A stretch of DNA of 64,000 nt from Aplysia californica (Eukaryota): the NCBI RefSeq assembly GCF_000002075.1, contig NW_004797693.1:266969-330968 (forward strand). Reading direction: 5' to 3'. Shown piece by piece: positions 36,457-49,272 of this stretch. Each line of letters opens with the position of its first letter. Positions within the stretch are counted from its first letter, which is position 1. The translations under genes and the position numbers were made by a program. Below the pieces are notes generated by a model. The model did no database searches and was not told the DNA's origin. It saw only the letters and a list, made by a program, of their open reading frames with translations.

Positions 36457-36540
36457 CTTCAGTCCATCGTGTGTTGGTGGCAGAAATGGAATGATGTGCA
36501 CAGCCTGTATTGAGGGCTACACAGGATTACGGTGTGAAAA
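36457..36540 (+). CDS. LAMA1/2: Laminin alpha exon 28, LE (FSPSCVGG...GYTGLRCE)
   Basis: ctacag / gtaagt, 84 nt, phase 2-2. Confidence 0.93.
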
Positions 36541-36603
36541 GTAAGTCTGCTCCAGGATCTTCAACATCCAACATTGTGGTAGATAAAAGGATAATGTATG
36601 TGT

Positions 36604-36878
36604 TGTTGTTGTTGTTGTTAGCGATCCAGTAGCATCTGAGCGTTAACTCTTCTGCATGATGCCATTCGTTAATAGCTGCATGTCTGTTCTAATTGTTGTT
36701 TTGAGGAGTAGAGGCAGTTAGATGTGTGGGGTAGCTTGGTAAGAAAACATCCCCTTAAATCAGTTAGTTTTCTACAGAAGAACAGATGATGTTCCACTGT
36801 CTCTGAGGGGTAGTCACATAGTGGGCAGGCAGCAGACTGCTTTACTCCAATTCGGTTGAGATGTTGGTTGAGGGGTAC
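36604..36878 (-). mobile_element. 5'-truncated I-group LINE (C-terminal CCHC region)
   Basis: ORF LNQHLNRIG..CPLC..ETVEHHLFFC, (CAA)n tail, exact 10-bp TSD ATGTATGTGT (36594-36603, 36879-36888). Confidence 0.85.
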
Positions 36879-37564
36879 ATGTATGTGTAATGTCTTAGAA
36901 ATATGCATCTCTGTACGATGAAGTTTGTCTTGCTCTTTTTGAAATACTCTTTTATTGGCATATGAGGTTGGCTTTTATTTTGTAGGATTTTAGTCTAATA
37001 ATGTTTTTTCACCTTAATGCTTTGTGTCCAGAATATTTTTGCGTTTTTGGAGGGAATTTAAATTTGGTCTCTAATTTTGACTATGATTTCTCAGCTTATA
37101 AAGCTACACCAGTGTTTTGTACCTCATGAGATATAATGGAAATGAATGTTGAATCAGATTGTTTACAGTGCTGAGCCAAAGTGTCAATTAAATTGTAGTT
37201 CTAGGGAGATCACAAACCAGAATAAAAACAAACAGAGCAAAAAACATGTCATATTTGCAGAACCATCAGCAAAATAAAAATACGAATCAATAAGGCAATG
37301 CTTTTTATGTGTGATTTATTCAGTCTATATTCAAATCTTAACGTGCATGTCAATTTTCATGGTAAAAAAAAATATTTCACAAATTTATTGTAACTGTTTT
37401 TGTAATTCATCTGAGTAGTCAGAATTACAGCCACAAACTGTACGTATGATTAAAAACACCGCTCTTCTATTTCAGATTAATTGTCCTCCCTAGTAAAAAA
37501 AAAAATTACACATTTGTTCATAGAATTCAAGCCAAACGTTAAGTCAGATTTGATTCTTCCTCAG

Positions 37565-37761
37565 TTGCGCTCCTGGCTATTACGGCAACCCCCAGACCGT
37601 GGGAAGCAAATGTCTCCCCTGCAACTGCAACCCCCAGGGCTCTCAAGGTGGGGACTGTGATGTGCTGACTGGGCAGTGCCCATGTCTGCCGGGCATCGAA
37701 GGACTGAGCTGTGAGGCCTGCAGTGACCCCACATATGGCGTGCAAGACGGCCAGTGTATCT
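37565..37761 (+). CDS. LAMA1/2: Laminin alpha exon 29, last LE (CAPGYYGNPQTVGSKC...DGQCI)
   Basis: cctcag / gtgagt, 197 nt, phase 2-1. Confidence 0.94.
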
Positions 37762-38327
37762 GTGAGTGTGTTTGTTGTTCACATATTTTTAGGATAAGAT
37801 AGGTGGCTTACTCTTGTACTCAATGTTGCTAAACAAATTCACCATCTTGTTGTTGTTGGTTAATGGTTGGGCTTTTGCGCTCGCAACTGTAAGGTCGTGG
37901 ATTAAAATCTTGTCGGGGGCTCTACAATATGTCTTTTGGAAAGGCACTTTACACAAATTTTCGTCACGTAACACAGGTGGAAATGGGCACTTAGCCGTAG
38001 ACAGCCAAAGATCTTATTGATTCGATAGTATCAGAGTGTGTGCAATATGCAGCTTGCAGCGTATGCTTCCTGGGAAGCTGAGAATGTTTCTGGGTGTTCT
38101 TTGGTGTGTTGGTGTAATAAAAAATGTACAACACATGGTGTTGAACATGGGCTCTGTAAGTGAAATTATTATTAAAGACCTTTTTTCTCTTTACAACCCC
38201 CGTCTAAGTTTCTAACCAGCACTTATGAATCGTTCACTTCCAAAATGTTGTAGGCTAGCTATTACTGTGAATGTATTTCTTAATACATCATATGGTATGA
38301 ATATAGCGTTTTTCTCTGTGTGCTCAG

Positions 38328-38467
38328 CATGTTACGACGGCTGCACAGGGATCCTTCTGAAAGATATGGAGGAACTCGCTGCAAGCCTGGTCAACATCAA
38401 CTTCACTGGAGCTGTCTACCCCTGGGACAGGCTGAACGAGCTGTCGGATGAAGGCAAAGCCCTATCG
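38328..38467 (+). CDS. LAMA1/2: Laminin alpha exon 30, start of coiled coil (CYDGCTGILLKDMEEL...PWDRL)
   Basis: gctcag / gtaaac, 140 nt, CxxxCTxxLLxD motif. Confidence 0.92.
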
Positions 38468-39031
38468 GTAAACGTTTTGTTTCTTTTATCCGGGTTTGTT
38501 AATAATGCTGTTTCATTGTAGCCTACTGTTTAATTTTGAGGTCGCTGTATTGTTTTCATGTTTCACTTTAAAAATTTGTTTGAAGGTTGATTTTTTAACT
38601 CTTTTTGAGCTAAACCAACTTTCCCAACATGTTGCCTTACCGGGTTTTTATAGGCTTTCCTGTAGTAGAGCCATACCGGCTTTTATTGGCCTGACACTTC
38701 CACCTTTAGTGCAAGCTTAGAAAGAAGGACATTCCACTCTAAAGTTAGATGCTGACGCCCTAGGTCTTTGTATGTGAAATTTCATTGAAATACGTCGCTT
38801 GGATCAAAAGCAAAAGCAATTTCTTTGCTACACTCTCTGAACCTCTGAAAAACACTGAAATAATTTGGTTCTGGGAAGCCATCAGCTGGCTGCCATTTTG
38901 ACTTATGTATGGGGCTAAGAGGTTTAAAAAAGCAGTCTTCACATGTGGTTAATGCATGGGGTTATTAAGAAAAATGTTGTTGTGAGAGAGGTTCACACAT
39001 AATCTGTCACAAGTGGATGAATCCGGAAATC

Positions 39032-39546
39032 TTGTTTGTTTGGTAAGTGTTTTATGGTGCTTGCAACTGCGTAAGGTCATATAAGCGGGCGGTACACATT
39101 AAACATTTTCAGTTTGTAGGAATTTTTTTTGCCTGAGTAAGGGCCGAAGCCTACTCTCATCAATTTTAGACCACCAAGGGATCTTTAACGTGTGCAACTT
39201 GCCCTCGGGACCTCCGAGATTTTTCATCCTTGTCCGAGAAGGCTAGGTGTAGATCTTTCCTACCAGAAGATCAGGGGTGTGGCTGAAAGACAGCAGTAAA
39301 GAGCCAGGGAGTTGCAGTAGAAAGGCTGCAGAAAGAGTCAAGCGCCCAGAGGAGGGGGCAAAGGAGGTGAAGGGGTGGGGGCAGAAAGTGGAGACGAAAG
39401 CAGACAATACAACATTGCTAGAGAGCAGAGAAGAAGGTGGAAGAGACAATTTTAGTGAAGAACATTTTTCGGTCACTACCCAGATTCGAACCTGGGACCT
39501 TTGAATGAGAGTCGAACACCTTAACCTCTAGGCCACGAGAGTGCCC
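39032..39546 (-). mobile_element. Full-length tRNA-derived DeuSINE-like element with Nimb-type tail
   Basis: Minus strand: A box TGGCCTAGAGG, B box GGTTCGAATCT, Deu/Nin-like CTCGGACAAGGATG..GAGGTCCC..GCACACGTTAAAGATCCC, tail GCTTATATGACCTTA..GTTGCAAGC plus (CAAA)n. Confidence 0.8.
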
Positions 39547-39549
39547 TCC

Positions 39550-39848
39550 CCTCTCGTCAGGGACCCGATGTTGTGTCCTTGAGAAAGGCACTTCACACGA
39601 ATTTTCCTCACTTCACCCAGTTGAGAATGGGTACCTAGCTATAGACAGTGAAAGATCTTGTCAGTTTGTTAGTTTTTGAGTACTTAATCAGTTGCTTGCA
39701 CTGTATGCTTCCCGGGAAGCTGAGAATGTTCCTGAATATTTTATATTCTGCTGGGGTAATAATATAGTGTAAAGTGCCTAGAGCTTGCTGTAGAGCAGGG
39801 TAATGCGTTATACAAATGCTATTTATTTATTATTATTATTATTATTAT
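39550..39848 (+). mobile_element. Family B SINE; other partial copies at ~5680-5862, 20130-20285, 37940-38175, 62375-62530
   Basis: TGTGTCCTTGAGAAAGGCACTT..CACCCAG..AATGGGTACC; 3' end tgtaaagtgcctagagc..tatacaaatgctatt(att)n. Confidence 0.78.
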
Positions 39849-39886
39849 GTTCCTTGCCTCAAGCATTACCTATTGTGGAATTGCAG

Positions 39887-39988
39887 GAGTCTCTTCGCGC
39901 CCTTGAAGCAGCCGGCTCAGACAACCTGAAAGATATGAAAGAGTCGGCAGATACATATAACCAAATTGCCGACAAATTGATTCATCGA
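39887..39988 (+). CDS. LAMA1/2: Laminin alpha exon 31, coiled coil (ESLRALEAAG...DKLIHR)
   Basis: ttgcag / gtgagt, 102 nt. Confidence 0.88.
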
Positions 39989-40540
39989 GTGAGTACAACA
40001 TTCTGTCTCTCCCGCCTTTCGTTAACACGGGGTGTCTATTTCATCCCAGGCTTTTTTCCTATCATCCTTGAGTAATATATCCTCTATACAAATCCAGTAA
40101 CTAGCAATCAGTATGCTACTGTTTGAAATGCTCCTATTATTCTCATAATGATGAAACATTCCATCAGAGGACGATGAAAAAAAGGTGAAAAAAGAGTGAA
40201 GAGAGAATGTACAGCTCCTACCTGACTTGCCACCCCTACATAATCTTCTTAATCATATGTAGCTACAAATTCCTACACTGAGTCTCTGTACAGTGCCTAT
40301 TGACATGACGTCTTGCTATCTGTGCTAGACAATGCATGCATACCCTGACAACTTGGTTTCTGAATGTCTAAGGGCTGATGGTTTCTTGATCTCTCTGTTC
40401 TCTGTTTCTAGTCTGCTGCTTCTACTTAAAAGTGAAATATAAAGACAAAATCTGCAATTCTGGTTACAGAGAGAACAAATAAAACAAGCTGTGAAAACTA
40501 AGAGAAGTGATCTAGATAAAAAGAAACATTTTCCTTTAAA

Positions 40541-40701
40541 CACTTTGTGGCCACTTGGGGCGATAGTGCGGCCGTGAAAATTATCCATTCTGGTCACCTG
40601 GCGCAGTTCTGTGCCAGGTCTGTGAAGTCTGATGCAGTTGCTCTCCTGGCTGGGTGATCAGATGGGGTATTTTGTACTGCTGGCTGTGTGACTGCAAAGT
40701 G
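40541..40701. mobile_element. Short MITE with TTAA-like flanks; second copy at 63055-63186
   Basis: TIR CACTTTGTGGCCAC / GTGACTGCAAAGTG; interiors of the two copies highly similar. Confidence 0.72.
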
Positions 40702-42005
40702 GTAAAATAAAGAAAAAACAACGCAGAAACAAACCCAGAAGTCCAGAAGTTACTTTTCTTCAAATAGAAAACAAGACAGTCTTGCACAAAGTTAAAACCA
40801 AGTCAGACCCAATGCGCACAAGGAAATACTTTAATTCACATAACAGCACAAATGTTATTTTGTGAGCAGCGTATCTGCATGATNNNNNNNNNNNNNNNNN
40901 NNNNNNNNNNNNNNNNNNNNNNNNNNNNNNNNNNNNNNNNNNNNNNNNNNNNNNNNNNNNNNNNNNNNNNNNNNNNNNNNNNNNNNNNNNNNNNNNNNNN
41001 NNNNNNNNNNNNNNNNNNNNNNNNNNNNNNNNNNNNNNNNNNNNNNNNCCTGCACACACACAGACACATACAAAACACACACAAAACACACTCATACACA
41101 CAGACACATTGATAAGCACTCACAGGCACAAACATCCACACACACAAATACACACACATACACATCCACATGCTCACTCACAAATACACACACACAGTTT
41201 TCTCTCTTCACTTTTCATTGTCTCTGTGCATGCTCTAAAATCAGATGTAAGGCACACATATCTATGAGTTTGTACTATATTATTATATTCTTCATACTGC
41301 TTAGACTAAACACACTTGTGAGAGGGCTGTATTTTGTCTCATTTTAAAGAAATTTAGTTAAGTTGAGACCGCAGGAACATCGTTTCTAACTTAAGCATAG
41401 AAATATTTCCTGTCCACCTAGTACATGATAGTAAAAGATTTTAACGACACTTCCATATTATGACTTGAAAGTGAAATGTTATTTTGTAGTTGCTCTCTCA
41501 TCCGCACCCTTTCAGTAATGTCACTGTTATTGTATATGAGTATGAGCAGTCCAAACAGCCAAACAATCATGCGAATCTTACTGATCGAGTCTTTTTGTTT
41601 TTGTTGATTGTTTTGGGTTTTATTTTTTTTTCTTCTTTGAAGCTTAACACCCTGCCAGACACAATTTAGGTAATTTATATTGGTCTTCATTGCTCCTGGC
41701 TCAGAGAGAAAGAAAATGTTTAAGTTCAAGTATGGAAGAGAAAAGCTCAGACACCTCGTTAATTTGAACATGAGTACTTCTGAGTATTGGTGACATTTAT
41801 TCTTTATGTGTATAGAGGCGAATGTGTCAAAGTTTGAATCATTAGAAAGAGTCCGGATGGAGGCTGGTTGTCGGGGTGGGGGGATGGGTGGGGGGGATGG
41901 GTGGGGGGGGGGGTGAGTCTTTCACCACCCCAGTGTATTGATGGTTTACTGTGTTGAAGACTGAAAAACATGAATTATTTCTTTTTTCTTTGTGTTTTTG
42001 CTTAG

Positions 42006-42029
42006 AGTAACACAACGTGTGAAGGAGAG
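42006..42029 (+). CDS. Candidate 24-nt microexon (SNTTCEGE) in the coiled coil
   Basis: Long polypyrimidine tract ending ttttgcttag, consensus donor GAG/gtaagt, phase 0-0, no stop. Confidence 0.7.
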
Positions 42030-45000
42030 GTAAGTTCTGCCAGACACAATAACGTATGTGTGTGTGCCGACGCTGTGCTTTGCTGCGCCTTCTTAACCCT
42101 CATTTTTTGACAATCCCCTTTCAAACCCTCTGTTTTATTTTTGAAAAGATTTCTATTCCCATATCAATATTTGTTGTGCTGTGCATTTTTTCTACTTTTA
42201 TATTAATATAAATTTTTTTTAACTTTTGATTTGTAGTTTTGTAGTTACCTGTGGGAATGTTTCTTTTATGTTCCATTGGTTTATAGATTGTATCAGAAGT
42301 GACAGGTTTCGAAATCAGAGAAAATAGAAAGTCGTAGTAATCCCAATTATACTCTCACTTTTTGTCTTGGTAGCTTAGTTTTGCAGTTGTTGCTGCTCAA
42401 GAAATTTCTAGATGATCAGAAATGATGAGCTAAAAAAAAAGAAAAATTGAACATAGAAGAAAAAAAATTATGTTGTATACTTATCATTGGTAATAATATT
42501 TTTGTGTGTCTTTAGATGCAATTAGTCAAATTGGTTCATATGTTTATATAAAAAAAGCAATAGGTTTGAAGTTCGAGAAAGATTAAAAGGAAAGAATTTA
42601 TTTTAGTTTCATTAGAACCCCCATTCATCCTTTGTTAAAGATGCTTGCTTCACTATGTGCTCATAGTAAGTATGAGTGCTCATGCTCTAAGCTAAAATGT
42701 TTGATTTAGTTACAAAACCTGCTTTTATAGGTTTGAACTGCATATACGAATGGTAATGATGTGTTTGAACTGGTAGGCATGCTCATATCTGTTGTGCATG
42801 CTGCTTTCAGCTGCAGTGAATGGCCTTACTTGATTGACAAGATGTAGACATGGGCAATGCAGAGTGGGTGTATGCAGGGTCCTTATGTGTAGGAACTACA
42901 ATTTGAGTTTGTGAATCTGTTATGGAAATGGAGTTTGAGCATGGTTTTATCATTAATAGTGGAAAGTGGAAGTTTTTGTAAACATACTGCCCTATTTACC
43001 ACAATGGTGAAGTCTGCTTTGATATAAGATTTGGTTGAGTGAACATGTTGGAGTGGTTAGGTGTTCTATTCACACCCCCCCCCCCAACTTTTTCTTCCTC
43101 CTACATGTTTTTAAAAACCATTTAGTTTGATCCTGATTGAAAGATTGGGTAAAGATTGTTGCAGTTATGCATTTGCTGTCACAAGGAAATATTAAATGTT
43201 AGTAAATAGATTACTGTTCATATCTTAATAAATTTAAAATGAATAGGAAATGTTTCTGTTACTTTTTTTTGGGTTCTCCCATGTATCAATAAATAGGCCT
43301 ACTCTTTAGCACATATTTGAATCAAAGCTACATTTAGCCATAAAATTAAACACTGTAGGCCCCTGTCTTAACGAGACAAAAAGTTGGTGAGTGAGCATCA
43401 TGGCGGCTTTTTTGTAATGTTTTTACTTCTCCAAATTGGTTACGTCTGGTTTGTACTCATGTCAGCCCACAGTAATCACATCACAGTTACTTTTTAATAA
43501 TATTTTGAGACTAATGCCATATAGGCTTTTGTTTCGCGTTAAGTCAATAAAATTGGTCTAATAGATGTAAAAATCCTTTCTTTTTTTGTCACTGTTTGGC
43601 CAATGTTTGAATCAATCTTCCTTATTTTACAGTTTATAATATGTGGAAGATCAAGTCAGAATTCTATTTTTTTTACCGTCTTTTAATTTTTTGTTGCCGT
43701 AGACCATAGATGGGTTTTTGGTTTTTGTGCTTATGTTTTTTTTTAGGATGTATTTTCCTTTTATGATTCTTGGCTATTTACAAAGCTTTAGCTATAGGCA
43801 GACTGATTTTCAGAACTTTGCAGTTGAAGGTTTTAAACCGGTTGGCACGCACTGTATTTTTGGGGACAATCTTCTTTATTATCGCCTTCTTAAAATGTGT
43901 TCATTTCCTACCCTCTTGGGAAAAAAATTGTGTTAGTTCATGTATTTGTGTATTTTGTATCTTGAATGCACAAAATGTCTGTGGTGGAATACTTCCAATA
44001 TATAGTTGAAGGGACGTTTGAATTTTCGAGTTGGTGATCCACAGCTAACATAATATAAATTGCATAATATTATTTCGTTGATGTCGTTGCCATCTATTAT
44101 ATAATTTCCTTACTTTTTACTGTCCATTAGTAATTATTCATTTTGCTCTGTAACGATTTTAAAGATTATATTACAACCTATGAAAGTCAAGCCTCTTCAT
44201 TATAATTGAAATGCACTTAAGCTTTCTTGTACATGTTGGCTGGAATTTTTCTCCGTAGGCTTCTTAATGACATCAATATTAATAGGTATTCACATTCACG
44301 GAAAAATATTAACAGACCAGAGCTCTTTCTGGTAGAGTAAACTTCTAGAAAGCAGAACTAAAATTTCCTAAGGGAGTCTAAATAATAATTATTGACGGTT
44401 TGCCCGATGTATGAAGGCTTAAAGTTTATTGTTGTTTTATCTGTTGCTGGCTTTCATATTCCAAGTCACCTGGTTATAGTGGGGATTTGGTTGGTGTTTA
44501 AATGTTAAGGCAATGCAAGCTAAGTGAGAGAGAGACTGTCCTTTTCAAAATAAAGATTACAGTTACTGTAACCAATCTGCTGAATTCATGTTCCAGCTCA
44601 CACTTTCCTTTTCACTAGAAGGATCTTTTTAGGTTACTTTGATTTGAGCTTTTTTATTGATCTGTTCTCTGTAAAATTGTTAGCCTTTAGTTTCATTTTC
44701 TGTCTTTCAAGTTTTAAGAAAGACGAAATTTCTTACAAATTTACCAAAAAAAGAAAAATTGCAGAAGTAACAATGAAATTACCTTCTCTCTATCTAAATG
44801 TAGTTATTGCCTTTCATGATTTGAATAAAGTCTCAAAAGATTTTTATAGCTGGAAAATTATACATGTGAATTTTAAGTTTATAGGGAATTTGAATTTTTA
44901 AAGATCTCTCTGGATTTATGTAAATGAACGTTTTGCCTCCTTTTTAAAATGGAAGTCTTAAATTCTTGGGGGGGGTCCTCCCTTTTTCCAAAGTATCCAG

Positions 45001-46613
45001 TCAGGACTTCCTTTTATTTTGCTTTTATATTTTGAAAAGTATTTTTATCGTGTCCAATGAAATGCGATGTTCTGCACTTGTTCAGCTTTTCATTTACCTC
45101 TTTTATTTTACTTTGTTTTTAGTTGATAACATAGTACATTGATTCTCCTCATCAAATCCATCATTTCAGTAGTATCACTATGCCCCCACCTTTAATTTTT
45201 ATTTACAACAACATACACTTATTCGGTATTATCATTCTAAATGTTTAGTTTGATATTTATAAAACTTTATGAATATCTTTATACAATTTAATTATCAGTT
45301 ATTTCTTCAACATACTGGGGTTAATTATCACAGTGTATATTTCCACTTAAATGGGCTCACTCTTTCAGCACTTTTCAGGTTAAAGAATATTAGGAACTAG
45401 TAAGAATATGATGTGGTCCTTTCTTTTACGGACTGTCTCATCATAAAGTATAATAGTATAATATTATCCTTGGTCATAATGAAAGTATGTTTTGATATGA
45501 AACAAAGCATTGTTTTTCTTCAAGGCTTTCTCTAAACCACTGTTTTTCTCCGTTCTTTTCAAATGTTTTAATTTAGCTTGTTGATATTCTTAAAAAATAC
45601 ATAATTCGTTGTTCACTGTGTTGTTTTGTTTTGTTTTTCATCCTGGGTTTGATATAGAAATGTGCGGACAGGAAAAAGTACCATCCTTTCTACTCAGTTG
45701 AATAAGCCTCCAACTATATTTCAACAATACAGAACTTAGTGCTTTGGTAGATACTTAAGCTTGAAATTTTTTTCCATTAGTCCTTCTTGGGTTCTATGTG
45801 TAAGGTCAACATTGTAAATGTGTACTTCAGGAATGATAATGGGGATTCCAAAAAAAAAATTGGGAGGGGGGGGGTATTTTCACTCACAAAACAACTACTT
45901 TAACGAAACATAGCAACTAGTTTACGTTGAGAGTTGTTTATTTATCATTTTGTATCCCCCTGAAGGATTTCCTGACTTGATCATTACTCCTTGTGACTGA
46001 TCTGCTCTTGCTTAATTATCATGTCAGTCCCTTGTGGACAAACAGCATTGATAGAGCATAGCTTTATTATAGTCTGTCGCTACTGATTGTCATATTATGG
46101 ACTGCTCAGTGTAAAACTCCATCGTACATCACTTTTTGAAATAGTGTATTGCGGAGTTTTACACTTTTTAATGAGCAGTCAATATGCTCATTTCCTAGTG
46201 ACTGGATGAATTAAGGGTAAAATAGGAAAGCATTTTTCCTGTGATCCATGTAATGTCTAAAAGAGCCTTGAATCAAAGTCACTACTTTTTATTGTCATCC
46301 GCTGCCCTGTCTGTGAATCAAAGTCACAATTTTTAAAAATTTTATACCTTGTGTAATTTCTGACAGAGCTTTGAGTTACAACTTTTTATTCTAATCCAGT
46401 GCGTTTCAGTTCTTTTAAAACGCTCATGAAACCTGAGGTCTGGATGTGACATAAATTATGATAATGACTAATTGAAAGTTTGTGTTTCTGAAATTCTGTT
46501 TTCCTGTCAACTTTAATATTATATTCTTGGTTTAAAGTCTGCTTGCTCAGGTTAATAAAATATTCAGTTTTGTTGAGATTTGTGCTAATTCTTAGCAATT
46601 TTGTCCTCTTCAG

Positions 46614-46725
46614 CTGAGTACCACGGGAGGCATAGCCTGTCGCACCCAGAAGAGTGCTGAGCAGGTCAAGAATAATGCCACAGACCTGGAAAAAGTCATA
46701 GACCAACTCTTTAAGGACATCAAAA
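46614..46725 (+). CDS. LAMA1/2: Laminin alpha exon 32, coiled coil (LSTTGGIACRTQK...FKDIK)
   Basis: cttcag / gtaata, 112 nt, phase 0-1. Confidence 0.87.
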
Positions 46726-47666
46726 GTAATATTATGCTTGTGTTGGTGTTATGGCTTCTCTCAAATATTATGAGAAAGGTGGNNNNNNNNNNNNNNNNNN
46801 NNNNNNNNNNNNNNNNNNNNNNNNNNNNNNNNNNNNNNNNNNNNNNNNNNNNNNNNNNNNNNNNNNNNNNNNNNNNNNNNNNNNNNNNNNNNNNNNNNNN
46901 NNNNNNNNNNNNNNNNNNNNNNNNNNNNNNNNNNNNNNNNNNNNNNNNNNNNNNNNNNNNNNNNNNNNNNNNNNNNNNNNNNNNNNNNNNNNNNNNNNNN
47001 NNNNNNNNNNTGTGCTCTGAAGTTATTTACTTATGATCTTTGTTGAAATAAATGCAACACAAACATATATAATTTTGAAGGGGAGAACTTTTGGTTTCAT
47101 GCTTGAAGTACCGAAATAAGAAAGAAAAAGCGATAAAACAAAATATATATCACACATGTATGTCAATACATAGATGGTTATGTATTTGGTTTCACCATTT
47201 GAGGGAATGCACCTCCTGTTTGGGTGTAGCAGACTTATTGAGGCAGAGGGGAAGGACAGCTTTGGTCTGTTTCTGTGGAACATAGATCTCTGAAGACTGA
47301 ATTTTATATACTGTCTTACCCTCTGCTCATATAACAATAACAACAGCTGTACAGTTTTTCAATTGGCTTTTAATTAAAATAATTCCAGAAATAGTTAATG
47401 CTCAAGGCCTTCTTTTTTTTGTTAGTTTTTAAGTCCCAAAATGTCTATTCTTTTCTCATTTACTGTCCTTTTGTTGTGTACATTACGTTGTGTTTAGAGC
47501 ACCCTCTGTCAACAGTAAAAAAAAAAGAAAAAGATAGAAATATACATTAGCCTGATAAACTTTAGCAAAAGTAAAAGCATGATAAATTTACCTTAAAATT
47601 GAATTGTTTTTTCGTTTCTTAATGATTGATCAGCGACTTTAACTAGTTGTGATTTCATATTCGCAG

Positions 47667-47829
47667 AATCGGTGGATGAATTGAACAAGTTGATCAACGA
47701 CAGCTTGGCTGGTCAGGGTGGGACTGGTGGACAACTGGACGAGCAGCTCAAGAAAGCTCAGAAGATTCTAGACGAGATTCTCGACCGCGACTTCTCTGTT
47801 GCCGATGCTGCCACTCAGACTGAAAATAT
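47667..47829 (+). CDS. LAMA1/2: Laminin alpha exon 33, coiled coil (SVDELNKL...AQKILDEILDRDFS)
   Basis: tcgcag / gtgaga, 163 nt, phase 1-2. Confidence 0.9.
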
Positions 47830-48129
47830 GTGAGATATTTATAATGCAATCCATTTCGTGTCGTAGACGGATTATGGATTATAGTTTGTCTACAGCTGTT
47901 TCAGATGGTAGTTATAAATATGGCGTCATTGAATGTTGTTTTCCTTTTTCGAGCACTATTTGACCACAATAGTATTGTTATACTGCTGGTGTTCCACCTT
48001 TGAAATAGGCTAGTCTACCTTTGAGTTAATTTTCTTGAAAGCAAACAGAAAAAAGTCTACTGAAATGCTTGTCATCTTGTTCCTCTTTTAATCACTAAGC
48101 AAGTTTTTTTTGTTTTGTCACTGTTTCAG

Positions 48130-48304
48130 GCGTGCTGAAAAGTTGTCCGAAAGCATCCAAGATTTGATTGCTCGTAACTTCAATGTGTCGATGGTGGAGG
48201 AAGATTTAAATGATGTGAAGGACCGTTTGAACGATTTGATAAATCAAACTAAGGGGGCATCTGCCACAGCAGACAATGCCTTGGAGCTGATCAGGAATCT
48301 CACG
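48130..48304 (+). CDS. LAMA1/2: Laminin alpha exon 34, coiled coil (RAEKLSESIQDL...IRNLT)
   Basis: tttcag / gtatga, 175 nt, phase 2-0. Confidence 0.9.
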
Positions 48305-48753
48305 GTATGATCATCAGTTTTTATTTTTGTTGCAGATTTTTAAAAAAAGATTTTCTGTTATTTTAATGGTGTATTAGAATGGACCCATGGATTATTTTGT
48401 CAAGTAGTTGAAAGTATTGTGTTTGTGNNNNNNNNNNNNNNNNNNNNNNNNNNNNNNNNNNNNNNNNNNNNNNNNNNNNNNNNNNNNNNNNNNNNNNNNN
48501 NNNNNNNNNNNNNNNNNNNNNNNNNNNNNNNNNNNNNNNNNNNNNNNNNNNNNNNNNNNNNNNNNNNNNNNNNNNNNNNNNNNNNNNNNNNNNNNNNNNN
48601 NNNNNNNNNNNNNNNNNNNNNNNNNNNNNNNNNNNNNNNNNNNNNNNNNNNNNNNNNNNNNNNNNNNNNNNNNCTCATGTCATCTCTCCTGGGCCCTATG
48701 TAACTCCTATTTTACATATCATATTCTATTATATTTCATCATCACGCCTTCAG

Positions 48754-48870
48754 GATCTCCTGAATGAAATGAAACGAATCAAAGAGGAAATTGACAAACT
48801 AAGGAACGACTCTGAGGATTACATAGATGACGCCTGGGATCTGATCTACAAAGCCGATTCAAGTCTCCTA
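48754..48870 (+). CDS. LAMA1/2: Laminin alpha exon 35, coiled coil (DLLNEMKRIKEEI...DSSLL)
   Basis: cttcag / gtaaga, 117 nt. Confidence 0.88.
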
Positions 48871-49272
48871 GTAAGAATATAAGCACATTTTTGACTGAGT
48901 GATAGCCCATTAGTCTGTTGTTCATTTGTTTTTCTGTCAGTCTTTCTGATACTTTTCTTGGTATATCAGTTTTTGGTCTATCGTCCCTCCTAACAGTCTG
49001 TCAGTCTGTTTGTCTTTCAGTATTTTCTTTCTATTGTTGTGTCTGTCTTTTGATCTGTCTTGTCTTTCTATCCCTATGACTTTTGGTCTGTCTTGGTTTT
49101 TTTGTCAATCCTTTACATCTTTTGTGTGTATGTCAGTTTGTTATTTTGTTCAGACAGTGTATTTGTCTTTCGGTGCATTGTATCTTTGTCTTTGTCTGTT
49201 TGTATGTGTCAATTCTGCCTTGCTGTCTGTGTGTTTGTTGGCCTTTCATTTCGTCCATATGTCTATCTGCCT

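Noticed and set aside
39470-39546. tRNA gene on the minus strand
   Set aside because: A and B boxes are present but continue into a Deu-like body and LINE tail with no acceptor stem or terminator; it is a SINE head.
40411-40432. Candidate exon after tttctag
   Set aside because: In-frame TAA after 5 codons and no good donor.
44259-44285. Candidate 27-nt exon (ccgtag..aatag/gtattc)
   Set aside because: TAA at codon 3 in the required frame.
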